In this document: positions 49,749-58,043 of the stretch, one piece after another
Position numbering within the stretch: position 1 is the stretch's first letter
Layout of the letters: every line of letters starts with the position of its first letter
Assembly (NCBI GenBank): GCA_902625885.1
Contig: CACODE010000005.1
Location: 12,570 to 76,569 of the forward strand
Direction of reading: 5' to 3'
From: an uncultured Candidatus Poseidoniales archaeon
Lineage (GTDB): Archaea; Thermoplasmatota; Poseidoniia; Poseidoniales; Poseidoniaceae
DNA length: 64,000 bases
The notes under the pieces: generated by a model
Told to the model about the DNA's origin: nothing
What the model saw: the letters and a program-made list of their open reading frames with translations, nothing else
The model's database searches: none
Program-made: the position numbers and the translations under genes

Positions 49749-50987
49749 GTGAAGCTTCGCACGTTTCTGGCCTTCTTTCGTCAGTTGAAAGGCAAAAAGC
49801 CCGTGGACATTGATGCCATCCAGTCCATGGGTCTCCTTGCGGTCAAGCTTGGTCAAATTTTTGCCCTCCGACCGGACCTCATCGAACCGGAACGTTGCAT
49901 TGAATTGCAGCAACTCTACAGCCGTGCGGCAACCATTCCTGAGGAAAATTCACAACAACTCTTGGACAAGTTTGCGCCCGATGGCTTCATGGAGCATTTT
50001 CAAAGCCTCGACATGAAACCCTTTGCCGCCGCAAGCATCGGTCAAATCCACCGAGGCGTGTTGAATGACGGCACCAACGTCGTGGTCAAAATCATCAAGT
50101 CCGATTTTGAAGCCGCCTTCAAGCGGGACGTCCAGCGCATGAAACGTTGGATTCGTATGGGCCTGTTCTTCCGTCCTAAATTGCGCAAGGTCGGCAACCC
50201 GATCGGTCTGCTTGCCCACATTGAGGACTACACGCTGCGGGAACTGAACCTTCTCAACGAAATCGACGGGCGAAAGCAGCTGATGGAAAACGCCGTCTCA
50301 ATCGAGGAGCACTTCGACATGCCGAAATTAAAATTCCCAAAAATGTGGGAGAACATTTCGAATCAGCGTGTTCTGGTTATGGAGGAAATCACGTATCCAA
50401 CCTTGGAGAAGCACCTCGAGGCAGGGACGTTAACATGGCCCGACATGCTCGAACTCTTCCGAATTCACGGGGCTTTTATGTTCGGACTCGGAACGTTTCA
50501 TGGCGACCTCCATCCGGGGAACGCCATGATGGACGACCAAGGGAACTTCTACTTCATCGACACGGGCGCCATCTGCAACGCACCTGAGCACGTGAGAAAC
50601 GCCCTGTTTGGCTTCTTCTATTTCCTCGCCAAAGGCGAACTCCAACACGCTTTTGACGCCATGCTGACGATGGCGGCCGTCCGCCCGACAGGCAAAACGC
50701 TGCGGACCTATTACGATTCCATGAACGAACTCTACGACGGGTTTGTTGGCACGTCGGTGAGCGAGGTCTCGCTCACAGAACAGATGATGAAGACGGTCAA
50801 AGCGGCGGTCCTTGCTGGTTGTGCGTTTGGCGAAGAGGCCTTTCCCATCATCCGGTCGTTGATGTACATGGACGGCATGGTGTTGAAGGGCCACCCTCAC
50901 GTTGACCTCATCAGTTCAATGGGTCCATATTTGGATGAATTTTCCGTGCTGATCGACCCGGAAACCATTCTCGCAAACGCTCGCTGA
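49749..50987 (+). CDS. ubiB: ABC1/UbiB-family atypical kinase
   Basis: AASIGQIHRG, VVVKI, HGDLHPGN and IDTG motifs of the ABC1/ADCK family. GTG start. Confidence 0.8.
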   Translation: MKLRTFLAFFRQLKGKKPVDIDAIQSMGLLAVKLGQIFALRPDLIEPERCIELQQLYSRAATIPEENSQQLLDKFAPDGFMEHFQSLDMKPFAAASIGQIHRGVLNDGTNVVVKIIKSDFEAAFKRDVQRMKRWIRMGLFFRPKLRKVGNPIGLLAHIEDYTLRELNLLNEIDGRKQLMENAVSIEEHFDMPKLKFPKMWENISNQRVLVMEEITYPTLEKHLEAGTLTWPDMLELFRIHGAFMFGLGTFHGDLHPGNAMMDDQGNFYFIDTGAICNAPEHVRNALFGFFYFLAKGELQHAFDAMLTMAAVRPTGKTLRTYYDSMNELYDGFVGTSVSEVSLTEQMMKTVKAAVLAGCAFGEEAFPIIRSLMYMDGMVLKGHPHVDLISSMGPYLDEFSVLIDPETILANAR

Positions 50988-50993
50988 ATGTTA

Positions 50994-51010
50994 TTTTTTA
51001 ACTTTTTTTT
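50994..51010 (+). terminator. double oligo-T terminator (T6 ... T8) after ubiB
   Basis: TTATTTTTTAACTTTTTTTT immediately follows the stop codon. Confidence 0.6.
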
Positions 51011-51027
51011 AGGACAAAAAACCTCCC

Positions 51028-51035
51028 TTTATATG
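51028..51035 (+). promoter_or_regulatory. TATA box TTTATATG for crtI (leaderless)
   Basis: CCTCCCTTTATATGT centred about 26 nt upstream of the ATG at 51057. Confidence 0.55.
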
Positions 51036-51056
51036 TCCCAAGCATAAGCGGCTTGT

Positions 51057-52670
51057 ATGACTGGAAGCGCTCAACCCTCAGTAGCCATAATCGGTGCAGG
51101 ACCTGGCGGTCTTGCCTCCGCTCTCCTGCTTGCAAAATCCGGCGTCAACGTCACCGTCTTCGAGCGCTCCAAAGCCGTCGGTGGGCGCAACAAAGTGTTC
51201 GAGCGTGACGGTTTCAAATTCGACTTGGGCCCGACGTTCTTTCACTACCCCGAAGTGATTGAAGACATCTTCAAGGCCATCGGCATGGACGCCCACGAAG
51301 AACTCAACCTCCACCGTTTGGACATGAACTACCGGCTGATTTTCGGCCAAGGTGGTGTGCTGGACTGCACGAGCGATTTGGATGAAATGACCGAAAGGAT
51401 TCGAAAACTTTCTGGCGACAGCAACGCCAACGCGTTCCGCCGCTACGTTGACGACAACCGGGTCAAACTCGCCAAATCAAAAGCTTGCCTGCAGGAACCG
51501 TGGTACGGTCCCACCGATTTGCTCTCCAAGCGAGCCATGCGGGTCGCCGGTGTTCTTCGCCCCCAACGCTCCGTTGCTGGCGATTTGATGAAACTGTTTG
51601 ACGACGATCGTCTCATGCTCGCCATGTCGTTCCAAACGAAGTACCTCGGCATGTCACCCTTCAACTGCCCCAGCCTGTTCACGATGCTCGCTTTCCTCGA
51701 ATACGAATACGGCATCTTCCACCCCATCGGCGGGCTTGGCAGCGTCAGCGAACGCATGGCGGCGATCGCCAAAGACCTCGGCGTGACTTTCCGCATGAAC
51801 GAAGCCGTCGAATCCGTTATCATGGAAGGCAAGACCATCAAAGGCGTTCGAACCGCACAGGGCGAGTTCTTTGCCGACAAAGTGGTGATGAACGCCGACT
51901 TTGCCAACGGCATGACCCAACTCTTCCCGGACAACGTTCGCAAGAAATGGAGCAACAAAAAACTCGACAAGAAGAAGTATTCCTGCTCCACCTTCATGCT
52001 CTACCTCGGTATTGACAAAACCTACGAAGACCTCCCGCACCACCAAATTTACGCCTCCGCCAACTACGAGAAGAACCTCGAAGACATCGAGAAGAACCAC
52101 AAACTTACCTGGGACGACCCGTCAATCTACGTCCAAAACGCCTGCGTCGTTGACCCGAGCCTCGCTCCCGAGGGCTGTTCCACCGTTTACGCCCTCGTGC
52201 CGGTTTCCCACATTCACGAGAACATCAACTGGGACGAAATCAAGGACGATTACAGGAACAGAATCATTGACCAAATTGAAGAAAAACTCGGCTTCGAAGG
52301 CATCCGCGACCACATTGTCACCGAGATGACCATCACGCCCGAGGATTGGGGCGATCACTGCTACCGCGGCGCTGTTTTCAATCTGGCACACGGTCTGGAC
52401 CAGATGCTCTGGCGCCGCCCAAAGAACCAATTTGACGAAATCAACAACCTCTACCTCGTCGGTGGAGGCACCCACCCCGGAAGCGGACTGCCCGTGATTT
52501 ACGAATCTGCAAGGATCAGCAGCAAGCTCTTGCTCGACAGTCTGGGCATCATACCCGACTGGAACGGTGTTGACACGTGGTTTGAGAGCAGGAGACGTTC
52601 AAAACAGGGCCGTGCCGCTGTCAGCAAAACCTCTAAGGAAACGACCGGTGGCACACCAACATCTGCTTGA
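51057..52670 (+). CDS. crtI: phytoene desaturase-family FAD oxidoreductase (CrtI-type)
   Basis: Dinucleotide fold VAIIGAGPGGLASALLLAKSG, FERSKAVGGR, and C-terminal LYLVGGGTHPGSGLP. Confidence 0.8.
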   Translation: MTGSAQPSVAIIGAGPGGLASALLLAKSGVNVTVFERSKAVGGRNKVFERDGFKFDLGPTFFHYPEVIEDIFKAIGMDAHEELNLHRLDMNYRLIFGQGGVLDCTSDLDEMTERIRKLSGDSNANAFRRYVDDNRVKLAKSKACLQEPWYGPTDLLSKRAMRVAGVLRPQRSVAGDLMKLFDDDRLMLAMSFQTKYLGMSPFNCPSLFTMLAFLEYEYGIFHPIGGLGSVSERMAAIAKDLGVTFRMNEAVESVIMEGKTIKGVRTAQGEFFADKVVMNADFANGMTQLFPDNVRKKWSNKKLDKKKYSCSTFMLYLGIDKTYEDLPHHQIYASANYEKNLEDIEKNHKLTWDDPSIYVQNACVVDPSLAPEGCSTVYALVPVSHIHENINWDEIKDDYRNRIIDQIEEKLGFEGIRDHIVTEMTITPEDWGDHCYRGAVFNLAHGLDQMLWRRPKNQFDEINNLYLVGGGTHPGSGLPVIYESARISSKLLLDSLGIIPDWNGVDTWFESRRRSKQGRAAVSKTSKETTGGTPTSA

Positions 52671-52673
52671 GGG

Positions 52674-53672
52674 TTGCCCATGGAACCAAGCCGCCTCGAC
52701 AACGCTTACGCTTTTTGCGAAGCGGCCTGTCGTAACGCCTCTACCACGTTTTTCTCATCGTTCAGTGCCCTCAGCACGGACAAACGAAAAGCGGTCCATG
52801 CCGTTTACGCCCTGTGCCGCTGGGTTGACGACATCGTGGACGGCGATGAGGTACCCACCATCTTGGAGACAAAAGCCCTGAGAGAAGCCACCAAACAACG
52901 GCAGGCTATTGTTGAGGAGCGACATGTTGGAGCATCGCCTTCACTCGCACCAGAAGAACATCGGCGTCGGATGATGGCGCTTGTGGACATTCGGCTGAAA
53001 CTTCAGCAAGCCAACGAAAGCAGCCTTGCCGAAGATGAACACCCTATTTTCCTGGCGCTTCAGGACGTCTTCACGAGGTACCCGATCAAACTTTCAGATT
53101 TTGAAACCGTTATCGAAGGCATGGAAGACGACCTCTACCCGGTACGCATTCAAACTTGGGACGAATTGCGCTCTTATTGCTACAAGGTGGCGTCAGCCGT
53201 CGGCCTCATCCTCATCGAGATTTACGGCTATGAAGACCGTGCAGCTCGTCTCCATGCTATCGATCTCGGCATACAAATGCAACTCATCAACGTCTTGCGA
53301 GACATCAACGAAGACCTCGAAAGAGGCCGGGTGTATCTTCCTCTTGAGGTGCTGGCATCCCACAACATTGGCATCGACATGCTGGAAGACGTCAACATCG
53401 CCAAGACGCTGGAATGGAAGGGCTTCGTGGTCGAGTACGTCGACGTTATCAAGCGCCACCAAACCTCGGCCAACCACCTGTTTGGGTACCTTGACGGTCG
53501 GGCGAGGGTTCAGCCTGAAATCATGGCTGATGCCTACACGTCCATCCTCAACGAAATCGTTCGGCGCTCCGGTGATGTGTTTACCCAGCCGGTCAAGCTC
53601 TCCGTGCTTCGAAAGAGCCTCCTCGGCTTCCGGTTGAGCCTTCGCAAACTGCGGGCTCGCTTGTTCGCCTGA
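52674..53672 (+). CDS. crtB: phytoene/squalene synthase family (CrtB-type)
   Basis: Asp-rich motifs YALCRWVDDIVD and LRDINEDLERGRVYLP. Starts 3 nt after crtI. Confidence 0.85.
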   Translation: MPMEPSRLDNAYAFCEAACRNASTTFFSSFSALSTDKRKAVHAVYALCRWVDDIVDGDEVPTILETKALREATKQRQAIVEERHVGASPSLAPEEHRRRMMALVDIRLKLQQANESSLAEDEHPIFLALQDVFTRYPIKLSDFETVIEGMEDDLYPVRIQTWDELRSYCYKVASAVGLILIEIYGYEDRAARLHAIDLGIQMQLINVLRDINEDLERGRVYLPLEVLASHNIGIDMLEDVNIAKTLEWKGFVVEYVDVIKRHQTSANHLFGYLDGRARVQPEIMADAYTSILNEIVRRSGDVFTQPVKLSVLRKSLLGFRLSLRKLRARLFA

Positions 53673-53677
53673 ACGGT

Positions 53678-55186
53678 TCAATCAATCAGCGGCGTCATGA
53701 GGCCAAATTCCTCGATAAGGCTTGGCCCGCTGGCAAGGTAGTAAACCGAGCCTCGTCCGTCCCTTGAATCCGCAGCGGTTGCGTTCTCGTTGGTCGCACA
53801 ATCGCCGGTGCATCCATCGGCAAACGCAACGTAAACGCGCCCCTCCCGGTCGATGTGCAGATCGTTGAAGTCCAGCAGGTTACGGTTTGACCCACCGATG
53901 TCTCGACAGTCGCCTGAATTGAGGCATATAGAGCCGACCTGAACGGGATCGTCCGTCACTCTGTAGGTGTGAAAAATCGGTTCGTCGTCAAGAGCGTTCA
54001 GGCTGTAGGTGATGTAGAGGTGGTACGTAACGTTGTTCGGTGCGTAGTGTGCGTTGCCGTTCCACGGGTTTCCGTCAATGTCGGACTGGTTCAACATCTC
54101 TGCATTTTCGCTACCTAGGTAGGTGACGGCGAGTCGGCCCGGGTCGCCTGCGTCCGTTTGGGGAAACACGGAAGAGATGACACCGGCGGGTGAAATACGA
54201 ATGCTTTCCTGCTCCCACGTTTCTCCGGAATCCGTGGACCTGGACATGTAAATGCCCTCATCGGCCCCCGTCCAAACGTGATAGGCATTGGAGGCCGTGT
54301 CCGTGGACACCTCGGAATTCTTTCGAGGGTTTGGCGTGGTGACGTCCTCGCCCATGAACCGTTCAAACCATGAGAAACCGTTGTCCTTCGACACGATAAC
54401 GGTTGGTGTTGCCACGCGCGGGGTCACGTAAACGGTGCCGTCGGGCGCTGTGGAAATGGCCCCGTGGAGACCGCCATTGGTGGTGGCCAGACCAACGATT
54501 TGCCCGCCTGCTTCAAAAGTGGCTCCACCGTCGAAACTCGTGAAACAGAAAATGCCAACCAATTTGTTGTAGCAGTAGTAAACGGCCGTTTCGTAAACGG
54601 TGCTTCCGGTGATGGTGCCCATAGCGCCGTAGGGGCCTTGTCCGGTCCACGGACCCGTTGCCAATTTGATGTGGTCGTTTATTGGCGTCGTACCCGAGTC
54701 GTGGGGGTTGCCCAACCAGGTCTCGCCGTCATCATCGCTCCAGCAAATCCACGATGTCTCAAGGCCGATCATCTGCACACCGAAAACACGGTCCGTAATT
54801 GGGTCAACCCAACCGTACGGGTCGCTTGTGGTCGGTGAACATTGGACCGGATCTTGGGTTTCTTCCCAGGTCAAGCCTCCGTCGCATGACCTCATCACTT
54901 TCTCCATGGCGATAAAGAAAATGCAACCGCTGGAGGTGATGCCGATGCTTGGTTCCTTACCTGTTTCACCCACATCGCTAAACTGAAACGACATGTTGAT
55001 CGGCACCATATTGACGGACAAACCGTCCTTGTCGGTGACAAACACTCGCGGGTTCTGTTGTTCTTCCAGTTCAACGACGGTGGTTTGCTCGACTTCGCCA
55101 AAGCAACCCGAAAGGGAGAGCGTGACGACCATGAAAGAAAGGAACAGCGCACGGGCTTGCATGGTGCATCCGAACCACAGCACCAC
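53678..55186 (-). CDS. secreted BNR/Asp-box repeat beta-propeller protein (sialidase-like fold)
   Basis: Signal/anchor sequence plus five SxDxGxTW-type boxes (SCDGGLTW, SDDDGETW, SFDGGATF, SKDNGFSW, STDSGETW). Confidence 0.7.
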   Translation of the reverse strand: MVLWFGCTMQARALFLSFMVVTLSLSGCFGEVEQTTVVELEEQQNPRVFVTDKDGLSVNMVPINMSFQFSDVGETGKEPSIGITSSGCIFFIAMEKVMRSCDGGLTWEETQDPVQCSPTTSDPYGWVDPITDRVFGVQMIGLETSWICWSDDDGETWLGNPHDSGTTPINDHIKLATGPWTGQGPYGAMGTITGSTVYETAVYYCYNKLVGIFCFTSFDGGATFEAGGQIVGLATTNGGLHGAISTAPDGTVYVTPRVATPTVIVSKDNGFSWFERFMGEDVTTPNPRKNSEVSTDTASNAYHVWTGADEGIYMSRSTDSGETWEQESIRISPAGVISSVFPQTDAGDPGRLAVTYLGSENAEMLNQSDIDGNPWNGNAHYAPNNVTYHLYITYSLNALDDEPIFHTYRVTDDPVQVGSICLNSGDCRDIGGSNRNLLDFNDLHIDREGRVYVAFADGCTGDCATNENATAADSRDGRGSVYYLASGPSLIEEFGLMTPLID

Positions 55187-55210
55187 TAATGACCTTCCGA
55201 CACCGAGGCC

Positions 55211-56542
55211 TCACTCGTCAATGAGGCTAAGGTAGATGTTTTCGTAGGCTTCGGCGTTGTGCTCGTACGTGAAGCGCTCAAGAACACGCTGGCGGCCCTT
55301 TTGCATCTGCTCGGTGCGCTCCTCAGGACGGTCAAGGCAACGAACGACGGCGCGAGCCAAGTCATCCGGATCGCCGCAAGCAAACAATCCGCCCACCTCT
55401 TCGTCAATCATTTCCGTCAGCGGTGGTTGGTTCACCGTCACGACCGGTGTGCCGCTGGCGAGCGCTTCGAGCGGAATCAATCCTTGACCTTCGTAATACG
55501 ACGGGTAGATGACCAAATCCGCCGAGCGGAAGTGCAGCGCCAACGCATCAAAACTCATGCCGGGCATGATGTGCACGGCGTGGGCCACCCCCAAGCGTTT
55601 GGCTTGGCGCAAGAGCGTCGCTCTCATGTGACCCCTTCCCACAATAACAAGACGGGCCCCAGGATGGTGTTCCAAGATACGAGGCATGGAACGAAGCAGG
55701 GTTCGATGGCCTTTCCTGGCGACCAGGCGGCCGACGGCCAACAAAAGCGGGGTCTTGGTATCCGGTGAACCGTGAAGGGCCGCTTCATCGGCGGCGTCGT
55801 AGGACTTTCGTAACGCTTCATAGGCCAGTTGCTCCTCTTCGTGGTCGTGGTTCATGGGCCTGAACACGTTGTGGTCAACGCCGTAGAGGACGGTCTCGCA
55901 GTGCCAGTTTTCCGGTGGATTGTACCACGCCTCAAACTCCTTCCGGGTGGATTCAGAAATAGCGACAGAGACGCTTGAATGTTCTATGCCAGCCTGTTCA
56001 TACTTCGAATAATGACCGCCCGTGAGCAGGATGGCCAAATCGTTCGGGTTCTTCCATGTGGCCGATTCCTTGTGCTGGGCGGCCAGTTTCATGCCCTCCC
56101 GTTCCCCAATCCAGCTGCCGTTCAAGGCGGAGACGACCGGTGCGATGTTTTCCTCAACCCAAAGGTACTCTTTGGCCGTCCAACTGACCAGAGGCAACAG
56201 CGTGTGAACAACGTCCACCTCTTTCACCTTGTGAAGGCGCCTGAGTTCGGTCAGTGCGTGTTTCCCGTAGGACCGAGTGAAGGCCATCGGCGCCTTCAAC
56301 CAAGGCACGTGAAGAACGCTGACGCCGGGTTGCTGCGGCGTTCGCTGCTTGTGCGTTCTCGTGATGATGGTGACATCGTGTCCGCGCTGGGCAAGATGCC
56401 CGGCCAAGTGGTAGACAACCGAACCGATCCCGCCCCAGCGAGGAGGATATTCGCCCGACACCATGGCGATGTGCATGAGAACACCACAGAGGACCTGCAT
56501 TTGAATGTCATTGAATCCGGACTCCGAAACTGCACGCTTCAA
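55211..56542 (-). CDS. glycosyltransferase family 4 (GT-B)
   Basis: N-terminal GGIGSVVYHLAGHLAQRGHDV and C-terminal EGQGLIPLEALASGTPVV (EX7E). Confidence 0.8.
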   Translation of the reverse strand: MKRAVSESGFNDIQMQVLCGVLMHIAMVSGEYPPRWGGIGSVVYHLAGHLAQRGHDVTIITRTHKQRTPQQPGVSVLHVPWLKAPMAFTRSYGKHALTELRRLHKVKEVDVVHTLLPLVSWTAKEYLWVEENIAPVVSALNGSWIGEREGMKLAAQHKESATWKNPNDLAILLTGGHYSKYEQAGIEHSSVSVAISESTRKEFEAWYNPPENWHCETVLYGVDHNVFRPMNHDHEEEQLAYEALRKSYDAADEAALHGSPDTKTPLLLAVGRLVARKGHRTLLRSMPRILEHHPGARLVIVGRGHMRATLLRQAKRLGVAHAVHIMPGMSFDALALHFRSADLVIYPSYYEGQGLIPLEALASGTPVVTVNQPPLTEMIDEEVGGLFACGDPDDLARAVVRCLDRPEERTEQMQKGRQRVLERFTYEHNAEAYENIYLSLIDE

Positions 56543-56580
56543 GCCAAACCTTTGAAGTTCAATCCTCGGCTCGGTGGACC

Positions 56581-57354
56581 ATGGGCGATGTTCTTCCCGT
56601 CTCCGTCACGGTGATTCTTCCCACCCGAAACGAGGAGGAAGCGCTTGGTCCGACCATCGACGCCATCCCGAGAGGCTGGTGCGAGGACCTCGAAATCATG
56701 ATCGTTGACGGCAATTCCAGCGACAAGACGCGAGAAATTGCGCTCAAGAAAGGCATCCGCGTTCATCTTGAACCCCGAAAAGGGTACGGAAGAGCGTACC
56801 GAACCGGTTTTGATGTGGCCAAGAACGACATCATCGTAACGATGGATGCCGACTGCACGTACCCCGCAGAGTTGGTGCCGGAACTGGTCAAGAAATTGCT
56901 CGACGACGATCTTGACTTCATCACCTGCGACCGACTTTCGCTCGCTGAAGACGGTTCCATGTCGGGCCTTCACGGCTTTGGCAACTGGGTGCTCTCCTTT
57001 ACCGCAAGAATGCTGTTCTGGTACGGCATCAAAGACTCGCAAACAGGCATGTGGGTCTTCCGCAAATCAATTTTTGAAAACGAAAAAATGCGACCCACAA
57101 ACGACGGCATGCCACTGAGCGAGGAAATGAAGATTCTCGCTCGTCGCCACCTTGGCAAAAAGAAAGCCATTGAAGTCTCCGTGCCCTACAGGCCAAGGGT
57201 TGGCGAGGCAGAAATTCACACTTGGGGAGACGGGTGGAAGAACTTGAAATTCCTCTTCGCTCGCAGGTTTGGGCTTCACCGAACCCGAACACCGTGGGGT
57301 GGGTTGCCATCAAACCCCGATTCGACCAACAACGACCTTCCAGAACAGGCTTGA
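56581..57354 (+). CDS. glycosyltransferase family 2 (dolichyl-phosphate sugar synthase-like)
   Basis: VILPTRNEEEAL, IVDGNSSDKT and MDADCTYP (DxD) motifs. Confidence 0.8.
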   Translation: MGDVLPVSVTVILPTRNEEEALGPTIDAIPRGWCEDLEIMIVDGNSSDKTREIALKKGIRVHLEPRKGYGRAYRTGFDVAKNDIIVTMDADCTYPAELVPELVKKLLDDDLDFITCDRLSLAEDGSMSGLHGFGNWVLSFTARMLFWYGIKDSQTGMWVFRKSIFENEKMRPTNDGMPLSEEMKILARRHLGKKKAIEVSVPYRPRVGEAEIHTWGDGWKNLKFLFARRFGLHRTRTPWGGLPSNPDSTNNDLPEQA

Positions 57355-57365
57355 GTGGACCTACC

Positions 57366-58001
57366 ATGACGCTGTGGCACGAACGTTGGGTCACCGAACA
57401 AATCGGTTGGCATCGCCCGGTTTACAACGACATGATGGTCAAGCACTGGGCGAGCATCGGCGCCAAGCCATACGGTACGGTCCTCGTCCCTCTTTGCGGG
57501 AAATCGCTCGACATGGTCTGGCTTGCCCAGCGCGGACACAACGTGATCGGCCTTGAAATGGTTGAGTTGGCGGTCGAGACTTTTTTTCGAGAGCGAAACT
57601 TGACACCTGAAAAAGCGACCAGCCAACAACACACAACGTACCGCTCTGGACCTTACACCGTCTATCACGGTGATGCCCTGGCCCTTGAGGCAAACACCCT
57701 GCAAGTCGATGCTTGGTACGACCGTGCGGCGATGATCGCCCTGCCCGCCACCGCCAGAGACGGTTATGTCCAGCAACTTCGGGACCAAACTTCGCCCGGT
57801 GCGGTGGGCCTTCTCATCACCTACGCTTACCCCCAGGAAGAGATGGAGGGGCCACCGTTTTCCCTTCCTGATGAAGAGGTCTACCGCCTCTTTTCCGACG
57901 GGTTCACCGTGGAACGGCTTGAGAAAATGCAACTTGAAGACGAGCGGGGAAGAGGTTTGTCCACCATTTCTTCGTCGGTTTTCAAGATACAGCGAATCTG
58001 A
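57366..58001 (+). CDS. tpm: thiopurine S-methyltransferase family (TPMT / halide-thiol methyltransferase-like)
   Basis: WHERW, VLVPLCGKSLDMVWLAQRGHNVIGLE, YDRAAMIALP and GPPFSL blocks of bacterial Tpm. The ATG at 57366 lies just after the GT2 stop. Confidence 0.8.
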   Translation: MTLWHERWVTEQIGWHRPVYNDMMVKHWASIGAKPYGTVLVPLCGKSLDMVWLAQRGHNVIGLEMVELAVETFFRERNLTPEKATSQQHTTYRSGPYTVYHGDALALEANTLQVDAWYDRAAMIALPATARDGYVQQLRDQTSPGAVGLLITYAYPQEEMEGPPFSLPDEEVYRLFSDGFTVERLEKMQLEDERGRGLSTISSSVFKIQRI

Positions 58002-58035
58002 ACCGGCCGTTGCATCGCCAACAGACACGGCTGCG

Positions 58036-58041
58036 AAAAAA
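58036..58041 (-). terminator. oligo-T (T6) directly after the stop of the 1.6k-aa gene
   Basis: The minus strand reads TGA-TTGAGG-TTTTTT. Confidence 0.45.
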
Positions 58042-58043
58042 CC

